Shown here piece by piece: positions 44,888 to 62,088 of a DNA stretch of 64,000 nt. Position numbers and translations under genes: made by a program. The stretch lies in the NCBI RefSeq assembly GCF_009914755.1, contig NC_060932.1. The stretch is one strand, 5' to 3'. Under the pieces are notes generated by a model. It was not told the origin of the DNA and searched no databases. It saw only the letters and a program-made list of their open reading frames with translations. Positions within the stretch are counted from its first letter, which is position 1; the number at the start of each line of letters is the position of its first letter. This DNA is from the human T2T-CHM13v2.0 reference genome, Homo sapiens.

Positions 44888-45190
44888 TTATTATTTATTT
44901 ATTTATTGAGATGGAGTTTCACTCTTGTTGCATAGGCTGAAGTATAGTGGCGTGATCTTGGCTCACCACAACCTCCGCCTCCCGGGTTCAAGCAATTCTC
45001 CTGCCTCAGCCTCCCGAGTAACTGAGATTACAGGTGCCCACCACCTGGCCCGACTAATTTTTGTACTTTTTGGAGAGACGGGTTTTCACCATGTTGGCCA
45101 GGCTGGTCTTGAACTCCTGACCTCAGGTGATCCGACTGCCTTGGCCTCCCAAAGTGCTGGAATTACAGGCGTAAGCCATCATGCCTGCCA
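44888..45190 (-). mobile_element. Alu (AluS-like)
   Basis: Antisense dimeric Alu. Confidence 0.9.
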
Positions 45191-46337
45191 GATTCTTATA
45201 CATTTTAAAGACATTTTGACAACTATATCTAAAAATATTTGGTTTCCTTTATAATCCTGTGTATTTTCATTCTACATATTTATAAACATTTGGAGAAGGG
45301 CTTCACCAAACTGCCAAGGGATCTATGACAAAGAAAAAATATATATATTTAAAACCTTGTTCTATAGAATTTTATTCTATCACATTTCTCAGTATCTATT
45401 GATTTGAGAGTTTGAAGTCTACCTTTAACTGAAGTTAAAAAAAAAAAAAATCAAGAGCTGTTACTGGTGGGGCCAGCCCTGGATTCAAAAGTCCTGGATT
45501 TGACTTCTGTCATGTCACCAGTAGGTGACCTGTGGCTCCAAGCCTCTGAGTCTCAGTGTTCTCAGTTATAATAAATAAATACTCAACAAGTGGAAATTGT
45601 CTCTAAACCACATTTTTTTTTTCAAAACCTTACCAAAGATTCCACGTCTGTAACAGTATTTTTATTATTAAAAACAGCTACACTCACTGATTTTGAAACA
45701 TACTTACAAAACCCATATAGGTCAATAATAAGGTGGTTTAAAGCTTCCAGATTATTCTAGAAAAGGCAAGAAAGCACTAAGAATAAAGCCTCCTAGGAAG
45801 GGTATTAAAAGGCAAAAACGAACCAATGAACCTTCTAAAGGTGACTTTGCAGTCTCCTCAATTAGGGCTGAAGGGTCCTGAGGCCACTTGTTTATAGTTC
45901 TGACCAGTTAAAGCCAGAGTTCAGACAGAACCACCCAAGTTACGACAAACCCTGCACTTCCATTAGCATTGGAAACAGCAAGAACCTTTTAGATAACTAA
46001 TTCTGTTGGCTACAAATAATTACAGTAAAACCCCAAATCCTAAGTCACTTCAGCATATTAAAATAAGAGTTTGGTGACTGGAGAACGTCGGTCACGTATA
46101 GAAAATCTACATAAAATAAAGAACACAGGGCTGACTAAGTGTTTCTGAGAGGAGACATTTTAATGAATTCTATTTAGTTTTCAGCCAAGCTCTTAAATGA
46201 GCTAAGGAATGCAAATTTAAATGCAAGGAATACATAAAATATCTTTGTGATACCAAAAAAAAAAAAGAAGGAAACAAAAAAAAGAATTCAGAGATAAATC
46301 AAGGGAAGCCATATCTAAAGCCATATAAAGAATTCTA

Positions 46338-46931
<594 letters not shown>

Positions 46932-48515
46932 CTATATTTTCTGCCAAGGTCCCTTTTAATCAAAAGACTTGTCGAGGGAAGGGGATAGATAGAAGGAGGA
47001 AGAAATGAGATTAACAGATCTATCCTCTACATAGACAGTTAGCTGAATCTGGTATCTTCATTTTCAGTTTGGGACAGAAGAAAAGGTTTCAATCCCTCTC
47101 AAAGACCTCAAGAATAAAGCTTGTGTTTAGAAAAACATACATAAGCAGGCATATGCAGAATTTTCCATACAGCGTCAGGGGATGAGAAACCACCTGAAGC
47201 CACCCCACCTGTGCTCTACTGCTTTATTGTCATTGTGTCTCATGATTTCTAACTCTCTCTCTTCCCAATTCTCAACTACATTTGAATCTGTGTGCCAATC
47301 TACTGTTCAGAGACTCCCAGAAATATCAAGCATGAATCATCAAACCATGTTTAGGTTATCATGACTGCTGAGAAAACAAATCTAAACAAGAATTTCATGT
47401 CCTCTGTTAGTTGAGGACACTGGGGCTTAGAATGGCTGTGACCACCTAACACGCTATTGGTGATGGAGGATGGATAGAGCTATCTGTGTCTCCTTTTCCA
47501 CAAAAATATGCCATTGCCTCCTGAGTATAAATTGAAGATATATGAATAGGTCTGTGTGGAGTTGATGTCCACTCCATTTTGAAACAGAAAATAATGACTG
47601 CTCTACCTGATTATTTTATAGGATGTTGAGAAATAAATAGTGTGTGAACAGCAGTTCAACTGTTGCATCTGTGAATGTACTTAAGGAGACTCAGTCTGCC
47701 CCAAGCTAGATTCAGAGCTGAGAAGAAATCAACTTGTTGGAATAGAATCCTAAAGGCTTAAGGATTTTAGTTTACTTTTGCACAAAATATACACCATACA
47801 AACTATGGATAAACAACAGGTTACACTGTGCCATTCCAATACTATATGTTGAAGCAGGGACTTTCTGTAAAAGAAAAACTAACTTGGCCAAGATTAAATT
47901 TGCTTTCAGTCTTTTTAAGTCATCTGGTCTTTAAAAGGAAAGTGTTCTGATAGCAACAAATTGTTTTAGAACAACTTGCAAGGAACATAATAAGGTTTTG
48001 GGTAAATTTAGAAGAGAGAAAAAGATCATCCAGCAAAGCTTTGAAAAGTGTTAGTATTCATAATTGTGCTTAATTGTGTGCATAATTGGGTTAAGTGTAG
48101 TAAGAAATACCCATGTATTCTGAGGCCTGCCCCTGACTAATTGTGACTTGATTCAGATCTCTGGATCCACTGTGACTCAGTCTTTCCTAGGTACAGAAGA
48201 AGGAAATTAGTTCCCATTGCCTTTGTCACTGGTATTGCTTTAAAGTTGTATCTATAAAGAAATTTTAGGGTCTTTAAAAGTGACTTTGAACCAAAACAAT
48301 AACTTTAAAAGAGCATATTTTAAAAACTAACACTACTGCTTGCATCAGAATTTTTAAAAATTACAAATAAGACTTTTGGAAATATTCTTCCCTCCTCAAA
48401 AAAGACAAAATAGTAAATCAATACTTAAAGTTTAGTAGTAAATAATCTTTTCTAAAACATATGACAACAGTGTCCACTGGCTCTCAAGATGTGGGAGGTC
48501 ATTCTGGATTAAGTC

Positions 48516-48822
<307 letters not shown>

Positions 48823-49187
48823 GGATTAAGTCTTTACTTTGTCCTTGACACAGTTTGTTTAGAAGGGAATTAGGGAAGCTGATTATATCTCACTAACAAT
48901 GGTGCCCCCCTGTCAAGGGGCTTGAGCTTCAGAGCTTCTCCAGCAGTGTCTTCAGGTAGGAATTAATTCAACACCATCTAGTAAGTACTTTCTAGCTAGC
49001 GCCAAGAAAGTAAAGATGAACAAGATAGAGTCCCTGCCCTAAAAAGGATCCTACCTGGAGAATAAAAATATTAGAAAAATGAGAACCCCTTAAGGATGGC
49101 AATTGGGTAGTACCTACTGAAATTCCAAATGCTTATACACTTTGTCCAGGAATTCCAAGTCTCATAGACAAACTTACACACATGTGA

Positions 49188-49524
<337 letters not shown>

Positions 49525-50241
49525 TTTTATGTGGCATAGTTTGGAATAGCAAAAGATGGAAACAAATCAAGTGTCCCTCTGCAGGAAATAAGTTTTCATT
49601 TTTTAAAATTTATTTTTTTAATAGAGACAGGGTCTTATGTTGCCCAGGCTACTCTCAAACTCCTGGGCTCAAGCAATCCTCCCACCTTGGCCTTCTAACA
49701 TGCTGGGATTATAGGCCTGAGCCACCACAACCAGCCAGGAATAAGTTAAATAAGTTATGGAACATTCACATAATGGAATATTCTGCATTTAAAAGGAAAA
49801 ACGCATGAGGAAGCACTCTAAAAGGAGAAATATGGAAAGATTACCAAGATACATTAAGTCAGAAAAGCAAGGGGAAGAACCAGGTGTGGCATGGCACTCT
49901 TTAGTAAAAAGTGGGATAAATTTTAAAAATATACTTCCTATATGATTACCTAGCTACAAAGAAACTGTGAAAGGATTAAAAAGAAACTAAAAATAGAGGT
50001 TACGTGAAGCTAGGAACGAGTGGCAGGGGGTGGTGGGTAGGTGAGTGACAAGCATAGGGACCTGTCACTGTTTACCCATATATACACCTATTACTTATTT
50101 TTAATTTCAAAATAACATATGGGAGGATGACTGATTTCAAAGAGCTTTCTCTTTGCTTCCTTAGACATTATTTGTACCTCTAATTATAGCACTTTTTCTG
50201 CCTTATATTAAAAAGACATATCCAATTCTCTCCTGTTTAAA

Positions 50242-50242
<1 letters not shown>

Positions 50243-50276
<34 letters not shown>
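50243..50276. repeat. (CA)n microsatellite
   Basis: Read directly. Confidence 0.9.
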
Positions 50277-50277
<1 letters not shown>

Positions 50278-50695
50278 CAAGAGCTTCCATCAGGCAAGAT
50301 AAATGATAAATGACAGCTTAAAAGGCTGATCCACCTTGTAAGCCCTTCGTCAGAATGTTTTGCCTTTTCTAGAGCTGCACCTTCAATCACAAATTCCATC
50401 CCTTATCCCATGTTCCTGGAAAGCGACCATCTCCCTTTAAAGTCTTCATTTAAGTCACTTCCTCTGTAAGCCCCTTCCTACAGAATCTATCATGGGATGG
50501 AATTGACAAGCTTCAACTTTAGCTCCACGGTACCTTGTAATGAACCTAATCCTGTATAACATCTGTGACATTTGCATAGATGTGTCATCCTGAGGCAGAA
50601 CATTTGCCTCGTTTGTCTATCTAGCTCCAGAGGCTGCTGCAGTTACAGGCTTAACTGATAAATAAATATATAGCTCTATCTGCCTTATTGCAAGC

Positions 50696-51310
<615 letters not shown>

Positions 51311-51508
51311 GCCTGTAAACTTCTTAAAGGCAGAAAGTACACCTTAAACTTTTCTCTCTCCTACCTCCCTAAGCCTAAGAGTGTATTTTGCATGTAGTAA
51401 GAATCTGAAAATACACACTGGAAATATCTACATATTGGGTTCAAGTCCTGGATCTTCTGCTTTATGGTTCTGGGATTCTAAGCAAGTGCTTAACCTTTAA
51501 CATGGTGC

Positions 51509-51820
51509 TTTTTTTTTTTATTTTTATTTTTTTATTTTGAGACAGGGTCTCATTCTGTTGCCCAAGCCAGGGAATGCAGTAGTGGGTAGCGTGATCATGG
51601 CTCAATGCAGCCTCAATCTCCTAGGCTCAAGTGATCCTCCCACCTTAGCCTTTCAAGTACCTGGGACCACAGGTGCATGTCACCAAGCCTGGCTAACTTT
51701 TTTGTCATTTGCAAAGACAAGGTCTCACTTTGTTGCCCAGGCTGGTCTTGAACTCCTGGCCTCAAACAATCCTCCTGCTTCAGCCTCCCAAAATGCTGGG
51801 ATTACAAGCGTGAGCACTGA
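51509..51820 (-). mobile_element. Alu (AluJ-like) inside a MIR
   Basis: Antisense Alu; MIR-like gggttcaagtcctgg...caagtgcttaacct upstream. Confidence 0.82.
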
Positions 51821-53524
51821 TAAGTGCTTTCTTATCTCATCTTTAGATGGTATCTCCGTGGCCTAACTCCCAGTTCACTGGGAGGATCCAAAATATCTGA
51901 AGATGTTTTGTAAATTGTAAATCTTAACAATACACCCCTGCACTGTAGTTTACATACAACAAGAATTTGTTTTCCCTCTTCTGCTAGACTTTGGAATTCC
52001 TGAAATAGTTCTTTCCATTTTATGGTTTTGGATAGTGGCATTTGGATATGAATCCATTTAGTTTATTCTGTTCTTCAGAGAGCACCAGTTTTGAAAATAT
52101 TTATTTTGGTAAGTAAAAATTAAAATGAAGATTTTCAACCCTAGTAAGATTTACTGGACTGTATAATGAAGTTCTGTGGGGCCACTGCTACATGGATCTT
52201 AAGTTTTAATCACAAATTAATATTTGAGGCTCATTTATGTGGCAAAAAAATGCATTTGGAGCTGTGGAGAGTACAAAAAAGAACAGGCTGGATGCAGTGG
52301 CTCATGTTTGTAATCCTAGCACTTTGGGAGGCCGAGGCAAGAGGATTGCTAGAGGCCAGGAGTTCAAGGTTGCAGTGAGCTATGATTATGCCACCGTACT
52401 TTAGCCTGGGTGACACAGCAAGAATCTGTCTAAAAAAAAAATGACACCATTTACTACCTAGACAACTGTGTAGTTGATAGGATGTCACAAATAAGTAAAA
52501 TGAGATAAAAATTCAGAATCCAAAAATGGTTCAAACCTATTGATAGCAGATATACTTGAAGGTGAACCAAATCTTGAATAATAGATTGATAAAAGGCCAT
52601 GAAATGGGGTTTCAGGAGGAGAAGAATTGAGATGTCAGGACATTCAGCAAGCAGATAAAACAAATGAATTTAAAAAGGGAAAAAATAAAAGCCTGTGGAT
52701 GGGGAGTATATCAGTTAGGCTGCAATACTAGAATACTTGGAGAGAAGGCTGGAATTCAGGCTGGGAAAACTCTGAAAAACCTTGAAGGTTTGATTTGAAG
52801 TTTCAAGATCCTGACGCTAACACTGAATGAGGACAAGAGTCAGGTATGATTCTCAGTTAACTACTTGCCAGCGTGGAAAACAGGAACAAGTTACTTCTCT
52901 GAGCCTCAGTTTCTTCATCTATGAAATAGGATTATTGTTAAAGTTAAGAGATTATGTATACTAAAACCATTCTGGCAATGGTAAAACGCTCTACAAATTT
53001 TATAAAAGTTGTTTTTAATCTGCCTAAAACTTTTCAGTGGCTGCAAGCTATTTTTAGGATCATTACAGTACCAAAACAATTCTTAGGAAAGATTAAACTT
53101 GAGGCGGGGAGCACATGAGGAGAAATGAGCCTGGGAAAATCGATTCAAAGATTGCTGCAGTAATCGAAGTGCCAGATGTTATTCAAAACGGGAGTGAGCA
53201 GCAGAAATCAGGGAAGAAATGCAGGGCATTTGGAGTAATAAAGCACCAAAGAGGACTTTGAAGTTTCAACACCCTGAGAACGGCAATATATTAGCAAAAA
53301 TGGAGAAAGAAGTGTCTGGTTGTACATCTTCCGGTGTATTTATTAAAAGTCTGAGTAATTACCAGATTTGATGGTTGATTCCAATATGTTAGTTGGAAAA
53401 ATTCTGGTTTAGAGGATAAAAGCTGAATTCCTTAGCAATTTATTTTGGAGATAGGTGGGTACAATTGAAAAAACAATATTTTGTGGTGGATTCTCTATGC
53501 TGGCTCTTTACCTACCTGAATCAT

Positions 53525-54130
53525 CTTTTTTTGTTTGTTTGTTTCTTTTCTTTTTTGAGACAGGATCTCACTCTATTTCCTGAGCCAGAGTGCAGTAGCT
53601 TGAACACAGCTCACTCCAGCCTCCACCTCCCAGGCTCAAGCAATTCTCCCACCTCAGCTTCCTGAGTATGGGGACCACAGGCATGTGCCACCACACCCAG
53701 CTAACTTTTTTTTTCTTTTGTAGAGTTGGGGTTTTGCCATGTTGCCCAGTCTAGTCTGAAACTCCTGGCCTCAAGCAATCCTCCCACCTTGGCCTCCCAA
53801 ACCCCTTGGATTAGAGGCGTGAGCCACTGTACCAGACAACCTTGTTTAATCCCCAAAACAACCTGAAAGCGTAGACTATATCCATTTTGTAGATGAGGAA
53901 ACTGAGTTCGGAAAATTCAGATAATTTCCCTAAGTTCAGCAGCAGCAGAGTGTGGGGAAAGGCAGGGGGCTGCTTGGATAGAACAGTAGATAGTCACTTC
54001 TCTTTATTTTTAGTAGAGACGGGGTCTCCCTATGTTACCCAGACTGGTCTCAAACTCCTGGGCTCAGCAACCCTCCTGCCTCGGCCTCCAGAGTAGCTGG
54101 GGTTACAAGCATCAGCCACCACGCCCAGCC
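53525..54130 (-). mobile_element. Antisense Alu (about 53525-53836) and Alu monomer (about 54003-54130)
   Basis: Alu bodies. Confidence 0.82.
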
Positions 54131-55479
54131 AAAAAGGAATTTTCTAAAAATAGTCTGCCAACAAATTAGTAGACAATAACCATGAAGTCTAACTTCCCTA
54201 TAGCCAAGTGATCTCAGATAATTCCCTTCATGCAGTGACCACAACCCACAGAAAACGCATGTTTATATTATGACTCAGTGCATACATTCAGGCACACATT
54301 CACACTATGTGATAGACTCTATTTGTTAAAATGGTGTAATCTATTTTTTTTATTCTATTGCTGTGTGGCACCTATTAAAGTGATTTAGTTGGTAGTGATC
54401 CTACAGTTTGGAATATATTCTATTTTCCTTATTTTAATAAAAAGGAAAAAACACCATTTGCCACTCTACCTTTCTAGATAAAAAGTAGTGTAATTTTCCC
54501 AAGTGTGCTCTGTGGGCGGCCCATTGTTTTTTAGTGGCTTGGGAGGTTCTGTCCCTTACTGTTTTCAAAGAAATCACTTTCATGTAGTAAAGGCTTTTAA
54601 TTCCTACAGTAAAGAAGCTTGTGCCTTCCAAATTTATTTTACCATAAAGTCTTATTACTCACACACCTATTTAGATAAGCATTTAGGGAAATGTAGGAAA
54701 AAAAATTCAGTGAACTCATTTTGAAAAGTATAAAACTATGAGTACTGTTGTTATTATTGACAGTCTATCATCATCCCAGAGTGCATTTCAGACCCTCAGA
54801 TTCTCTTGGAATCTGAAAGCAAGCATCCCTTGGATCATTTTAGTGCTGGGGAAGAGAGGTTCCTTCTATTCCACTTTTCACTGATTACAGTATTATAAGA
54901 TTCCTACAGGGTATGAAACACTGAGACATTTAATTTCAGGATGTCCCTGGCAGCTGAAAGGTTTGAAAGTTATTTAGCTTGAAAGAAACATATGTCACAT
55001 GAGCAAAATATCATGGTTTTGAAAGAAATACCATTTGTGTCACTTCTGTTGGCAAATATTCCTTGGTGCTGAGAATTCAAACTGTCAAGTTGCATAAAAA
55101 TCTGAAATGCCAAAATGAAAGCTAAATAAGGCATGGCAACAAAGTAGAATTGTTTTAAGTTAATTAAATAGGTAATTGAGCAAATAAATTCTGCTGTCAG
55201 ATGAACAGCATTTACGATGCAAAATCTACTCCAGACACTGAGGAAGACTGCAAGAACCACATTGTCCCTAATTGCAGGTGCACCCTCCCCCAGCTACCAG
55301 AGCAATCCATTCATAGCTCGCAGTGGCTTCCTGTTATCTCAGGATAAACATGGCATACCAAACCCTCCCTAGGACAGTTCTGCTTATTTCTTTGGCTTCA
55401 ATTCTCACCTCCCCTTCTCTACCACTCCTTTAAAATTGACACATAAAAATTGCATATATTTATCATATGCAACATGATG

Positions 55480-55801
<322 letters not shown>

Positions 55802-55821
55802 TAATATATGTATTAATTGTG

Positions 55822-56332
55822 GTATCAACCAAAATTAAGTTTGTTGAGGCAGAAATAGTTCAGTAAAGGTTTATTGGAAGCCAAATGTAAGGACTGATCA
55901 AGGAAGACACAGCAACAAAGCTGTGTGTGTCCCAGAGTCTGCTGCGAGTTGGAAGGCTTTTAAGGGAAAGTTTAGAAGAACAGAGGAGGACTCTTCATAC
56001 TAGAGTTGTCCTTTTCATTGCAGGTCACAATACAGAGGTTACAATCACTGGCTACAGATGATATACAGGCTAAAATGTCTACGTGCAAGACAATCAGTAA
56101 ACTTCATGATGCAGAAACCAATCACCAAAACTTGATGATTTGGAAACAAATCAGTGTCCTTTTCAGTGCCAGTAGGTTATGTATTAATCAGTACATTAAA
56201 AATTTGAGGGACTCACGGTAAGATTCTTTACTCTGGGATAGGACAGGACAGGACAGGACAGGACTGGCATCATAAGACCTCCGCCAGGCAGGTAAATTTG
56301 GAAGCCTGCCCAATGTGACCTACATGTTATCA
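55822..56332 (-). mobile_element. Probable ERV1 solo LTR nested in an L1M fragment
   Basis: tttatt polyA signal near the left end and ttttaa TATA-like motif on the minus strand; L1M-like sequence on both sides. Confidence 0.45.
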
Positions 56333-56334
56333 AT

Positions 56335-57040
56335 CAAGTGAATTAACAAGTATGTGAATTCACATACTTATTTTTTGTGGGGAGAACACAAAATCTACTC
56401 TTTACATGATTTTAAAAATACAATAAATTGTTATTTACTATAGTCACCATTTTGTACCATAGGTCTCTTGAAGTTATTCCTCCTAACTGAATCTAACTGA
56501 GTTTTGTATCCTTTGACATCTTTCCAACCCCTCACCCTCTCACTTGTCCCCCACTAAGTCGTTTTTTTCTTTTTTTTTCTTTCTTTTTTTTTTTAAATGT
56601 AGAGACAAGGTCTTGCTTTGTCACCCAGGCTAGAGTACAGTGGCGAGATCATAGCTCACTGAAGCCTCGAGCCCCTGGGTTCAAGAGATCTTCCCACCTC
56701 TGCCTCCCAAAGTGTTGGGATTACAGGCATGAGCCACCACTGCTGGCCCACTCCTTGCCCTTTGATGACCACTACTTTACTCTCTACTTCTGAGTTATCA
56801 AAATGAAAGATTTCTTTCTTTTTGAAGGCCGAGCAGTATCCTATGGTATATTTATACCACCTTTCCTTTGTCCATTCATCCATCAATGGGCACTTAGCTT
56901 GATTCTATGTCTTAGCTATTGTGAGCAATGTTATAATGAATGTAGGAGTACAGATATCTCTTCACCATACTGATTTCATTTCCTTTGGATATATACCCAG
57001 TAGTGAGATTGCTAGATCATAGGGGGTTCTATTTTTAATT
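56335..57040 (-). mobile_element. L1M-type antisense fragment containing an Alu monomer (about 56565-56750)
   Basis: aaaatctactcttt...ctatagtcacc; ccattcatccatcaatgggcacttag...ggatatatacccagtagtg. Confidence 0.75.
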
Positions 57041-57754
57041 TATTTCTCTCCCACTTAATACTTCAGCAACACTGAACTGCTTTGAGCTCCTTGCACACAG
57101 CATACCTGTACTAAGTCATCGAATGCCTGCCTCTGTTCTTAATCTTTCTCCCCTCTTCCTCCACTCTTACATAATATTCTAAGGCTCATCTCCTTCAAGA
57201 CACTTTCCTAGGCTTCTTGCTCCTATCTTTATGGATCTGGGTCTCATTTTCTATGTTCCCATAAATCAAGGACCTTATCTTTATCACTAAATTAACACAT
57301 TGTTTGAATCATTTGTGACTGCCTCTTTCTTTACCAAACAGTGGGTTTCCTTGGGAATGAGGAATATTTCTGGTCTATCTTTGGGTCTCCTGTAGTTGGC
57401 AGCACATAATAGATGCTTAATAAATGTTTGAGTGGAAGATCCAATAAGCTCCATATGTGTGCTGGATGTTGCCAAGGACATTTTAGATACTCAGATATGC
57501 AATAACACTTACATGTTGGGTTCTGCATAAGGAGTCACAGGTAAAAGATATAACTAAGATAGTGTAACTGCCTTCTGGGTTAACATGCTTAAGACTATAT
57601 AATATCCTATAATAGGTGTTATGCTAGAGGTTTTATCAGAGTACTTTCAAATTCAGATGCATGAGAGTGAATAATTCTGCCTGAGATAATTAAATCTTTA
57701 CAGAACAAGTGATAATCTAATTGAATTAGTTGGCAATAAAATAAAGTTTTAAGT

Positions 57755-58000
57755 GACTTTGAAGTCAGGAATACCTGGCTTGGAATCACAGTTTATCTAC
57801 GTGAGATTTTTAAATTTTTTAATCTATGTGATCTTGAACAAGTTACTAACCTCTCTGAGCTTCAGTGTTCTTATCTGTACAAAGGCATAGAAATCATTTT
57901 TACCTCATAAAATTGCCATGAGTATTAAATGAGATAATACAAGTTCAGTACAATACCTGGTACCTAATAAGCACTCAATCACTGGTAACTATTATTTTAA
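57755..58000 (+). mobile_element. MIR SINE
   Basis: tgtgatcttgaacaagttactaacctctctgagcttcagtgttcttatctgta...attaaatgagataatac. Confidence 0.75.
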
Positions 58001-58593
58001 TGTTACCAGTAGGGTAACATTGAAGTGTAGATTATAATAAGCCAATCTGAAAAGGGGTGGGGGAAGAAATTCTAGAGTGGGGTTGGGTCAGCATTTACTG
58101 AAGTATGGATGCTAGAAAATACATGGTTTGTTCAGGAGGAAGTGACAATCAACAAAGCTGAAATTCAGTTCAATCCAATTACCTGGCAACCAAAATGGAT
58201 GACATTTAAAGGATGCATGGCATGGTCTGGTGGAAACGATGCTGGGTTATAAGAATAAGGGGACTAATCGCCTACTTCAGTCTCATTAGATAACTCCACC
58301 ATTTAGTCCCACTGAACTTCAATTTCTTCGTCTGTAATAAAAGGATACTGAAACAGAGCACCGATGGCTGCCCGTGCCACCTGCCCCCACACCCATGGTA
58401 GCTACTACTAATACATTTATCTTTTCCATCAAGTTGGGATGGAGCATTTGTATCCTCAACAGTTTCCCAGGTAGCTATCTCCAAAAGACTAAAACCTGTT
58501 TGCCATCTGTGGATTAGGTGTTTGTTAGGTTTTTTTTTTTTTCAGATCTGCTAAATAATACCAGATTTCTTAGTAATTGAAATATTTTGTGAG

Positions 58594-58914
<321 letters not shown>

Positions 58915-59105
58915 TTATCCATATTCACATAACATTTTTGTTGCTTTACAGATCAAGTCTAAATCATATTTAGACCTTATATTAAAATCTAATAAGATAA
59001 TACATATGTATGTAACACAAAATTAGCATGAATTCAACTAATGTTGAAAAAGCTATTTGTGTATGTTCAAAATTTAACCTGAATTGGGGTTTCATTTAAT
59101 TTCAG

Positions 59106-59277
59106 ACCTGAAAATTCATCTCCAGACTACTGATTATGGTAACTTTTTGGCTAATCACACAAATCCTCTTACTGTTTCCAAAATTGACACTGAGATGAGG
59201 AAAAGACTATGTGGAGAATTTGAGTATTTCCGGAATCATTCCCTGGAGCCCCTCAGCACATTTCTCACCTATATGAC
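59106..59277 (+). CDS. ATP6V0D2: ATP6V0D2 coding exon 2 (172 nt)
   Basis: (D)[56 protein letters not shown]; acceptor tttcag|AC at 59105/59106 completes GAC with exon 1; donor AC|gtaagt. Confidence 0.97.
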
Positions 59278-59786
59278 GTAAGTGATGACAGAAAGCCCTA
59301 ATAAGCCCCAATGTACTCGTGCGGATGACCCCTAACAATTACAGGGTGGGTATCAAGCCAGAGTGAGACTTAAGACCTTTTCCATTGTTTGTAAGTTTAA
59401 ATTCATTCACATTTTAGCAACTGATAAGCTCATAGAGCCACATTTTTGCATTAGAAAATGGATTTCATTGATTTATAAACATGATTATATCAGCGGTGGT
59501 GGCCTCCATCTAAAGGAATCTTTTCAGTTTTCATTTAAAAAAAAAAAGTGTTGCCAGTGTTTAAGGTGTTAGTACTGAAGGTAAATGTTATGTGACATTC
59601 TTGGATCACTTTTCAGGGTGGGGTTGACAATATCTCAAAGTATTCATAAGGTCACATAAACCACTCCTAATTCCCTTTGTAACAGTATAAGTAGCAGTTG
59701 TGAAAGTTATATATGTTTTATTTTTATCCATCATCTGTGGTTCCAATTGTGCAACACATGAGCTCCTCATTCTACAAAATATTTGG

Positions 59787-60120
<334 letters not shown>

Positions 60121-60677
60121 TTATGACACCAATTAATAAATTTTACTTAGTGCTCAAATGGACCATTTGAAATAAGCTTATGCCCTTTCAGCTCTCCTAG
60201 CTGAAAAACTGGGAACAAAGACACACAAATAAATGAGCTGTGTGTTATGTAGATAAAATGTAGATGTAAAGCACAAAGTTCTGAAGACTAGGTCCAAGCC
60301 CAGGTCTGGTGCCTGGCACTCAGGCGTCAATATATTTGTGGAAAGAAAATATCAATGAAAAAATGCTGCATAGTATAAGCCAAAGATTAGTCAAAGGGGA
60401 ACAAAAGAACAGGACTTCATGTCAAACACTGTGCTCAGTACTAGAAGTAGGAAATTAGAGACATGTTATACGAATACAGGAAACTGGGCGTTGGCTGTAT
60501 GAAAGCATGGCTTTGGGAGACAATCTAAGATTTTTAGAGGCAGATTCCAAGAAAATATAATAAGAGAAAGCCTGGAAAAATAGAGGGCAGAGACTCCTTC
60601 TGAAAGAGCAGAGCAGTTTCAGCCTCTGTCTGGTTGAACGATAAAATGATGGCGCTGCCTCAAGGAGCAGGGAATGA

Positions 60678-61068
<391 letters not shown>

Positions 61069-62042
61069 TCCATCATATATTCTTCCACTTTACAAATGAC
61101 AGTATCTCTGCCCTTCAGTCCAGTGAACAAGAAAATGGAACTAAGAATATCCAAATATACTTGCTGAGCTGAACAAAGTTAAGTGGACCTTAACTTCTAC
61201 ACATGCCTTTAATTTCAGGGGAAAATAATATGTCAGTCAGAAAGATTTCTCACACTATAGCAGATATTCCTTGGCATCTAAATACGGCAAACAGAAAATA
61301 TTCCATGAAAACAGACCTGCATTCCTAGGCCTTTGGCACAAAGGAAAACCAATGCAAATTTCCTATTATTGACAGTGGGCAAGAGCAGAAGTAAAGGAAG
61401 GCTCTTCTGTTTGGAATTTCACATCGCATCATACAATCTGAGGATCAATTTTACTTAATGAATAATATCTTTAAGAAAAAAAGAAAAGTAATTAAGGGAC
61501 ATGATTACAATCTTTCAAGAGTTCAGAAAAGCATAAAATAAAAATATCACTCTGTGTCTACATTTCCTCTTCTTCCCCACTCAGTTTCTCTTCCAAAAGT
61601 AACCACTTCTCAGTTTCTTATGTGTTATTCCAGAAAAATACTTACATGTACGTGTGTCTATTGCTACACACTCTCCCACCCACACATTTCAAATTTATAC
61701 AAATGGAATCATATTCCTTCTGTACTTTTTTCCCACTTAATATTTCTTAGAAATATGCTTGTGACTGTCATTCTTTTTATTTTATTATTTATTTCTGTTT
61801 TTACAGACAGAGTCTCACTTATTGCCCCGGCTGGTCTCAAACCATCCTCTCACCTTGGCCTCCCAAAGTGCTGGGATTATAGACGTGCACCATCATGCCT
61901 GGAAAACATCATACTTTTTAAATAACTGCATAGAATTGGCTATATGTGTCATGACTCCATTTACCAATCATTTATTGACAAGTAGCTAAATTATTTTTAT
62001 TTTTTCCGCTTACAAAAAAATTTGCAATTAGCTTATTTCCTA

Positions 62043-62088
62043 CGAGATTAGACGAGATCAGGCACGTTCAGGGTGGTATGGCCGTAGA
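62043..62088 (-). pseudogene. 3'-truncated (tailless) 5S rRNA retropseudogene
   Basis: Reverse complement TCTACGGCCATACCACCCTGAACGTGCCTGATCTCGTCTAATCTCG matches 5S rRNA nt about 2-47; TSD caattagcttatttc at 62025-62039 and 62090-62104. Confidence 0.92.
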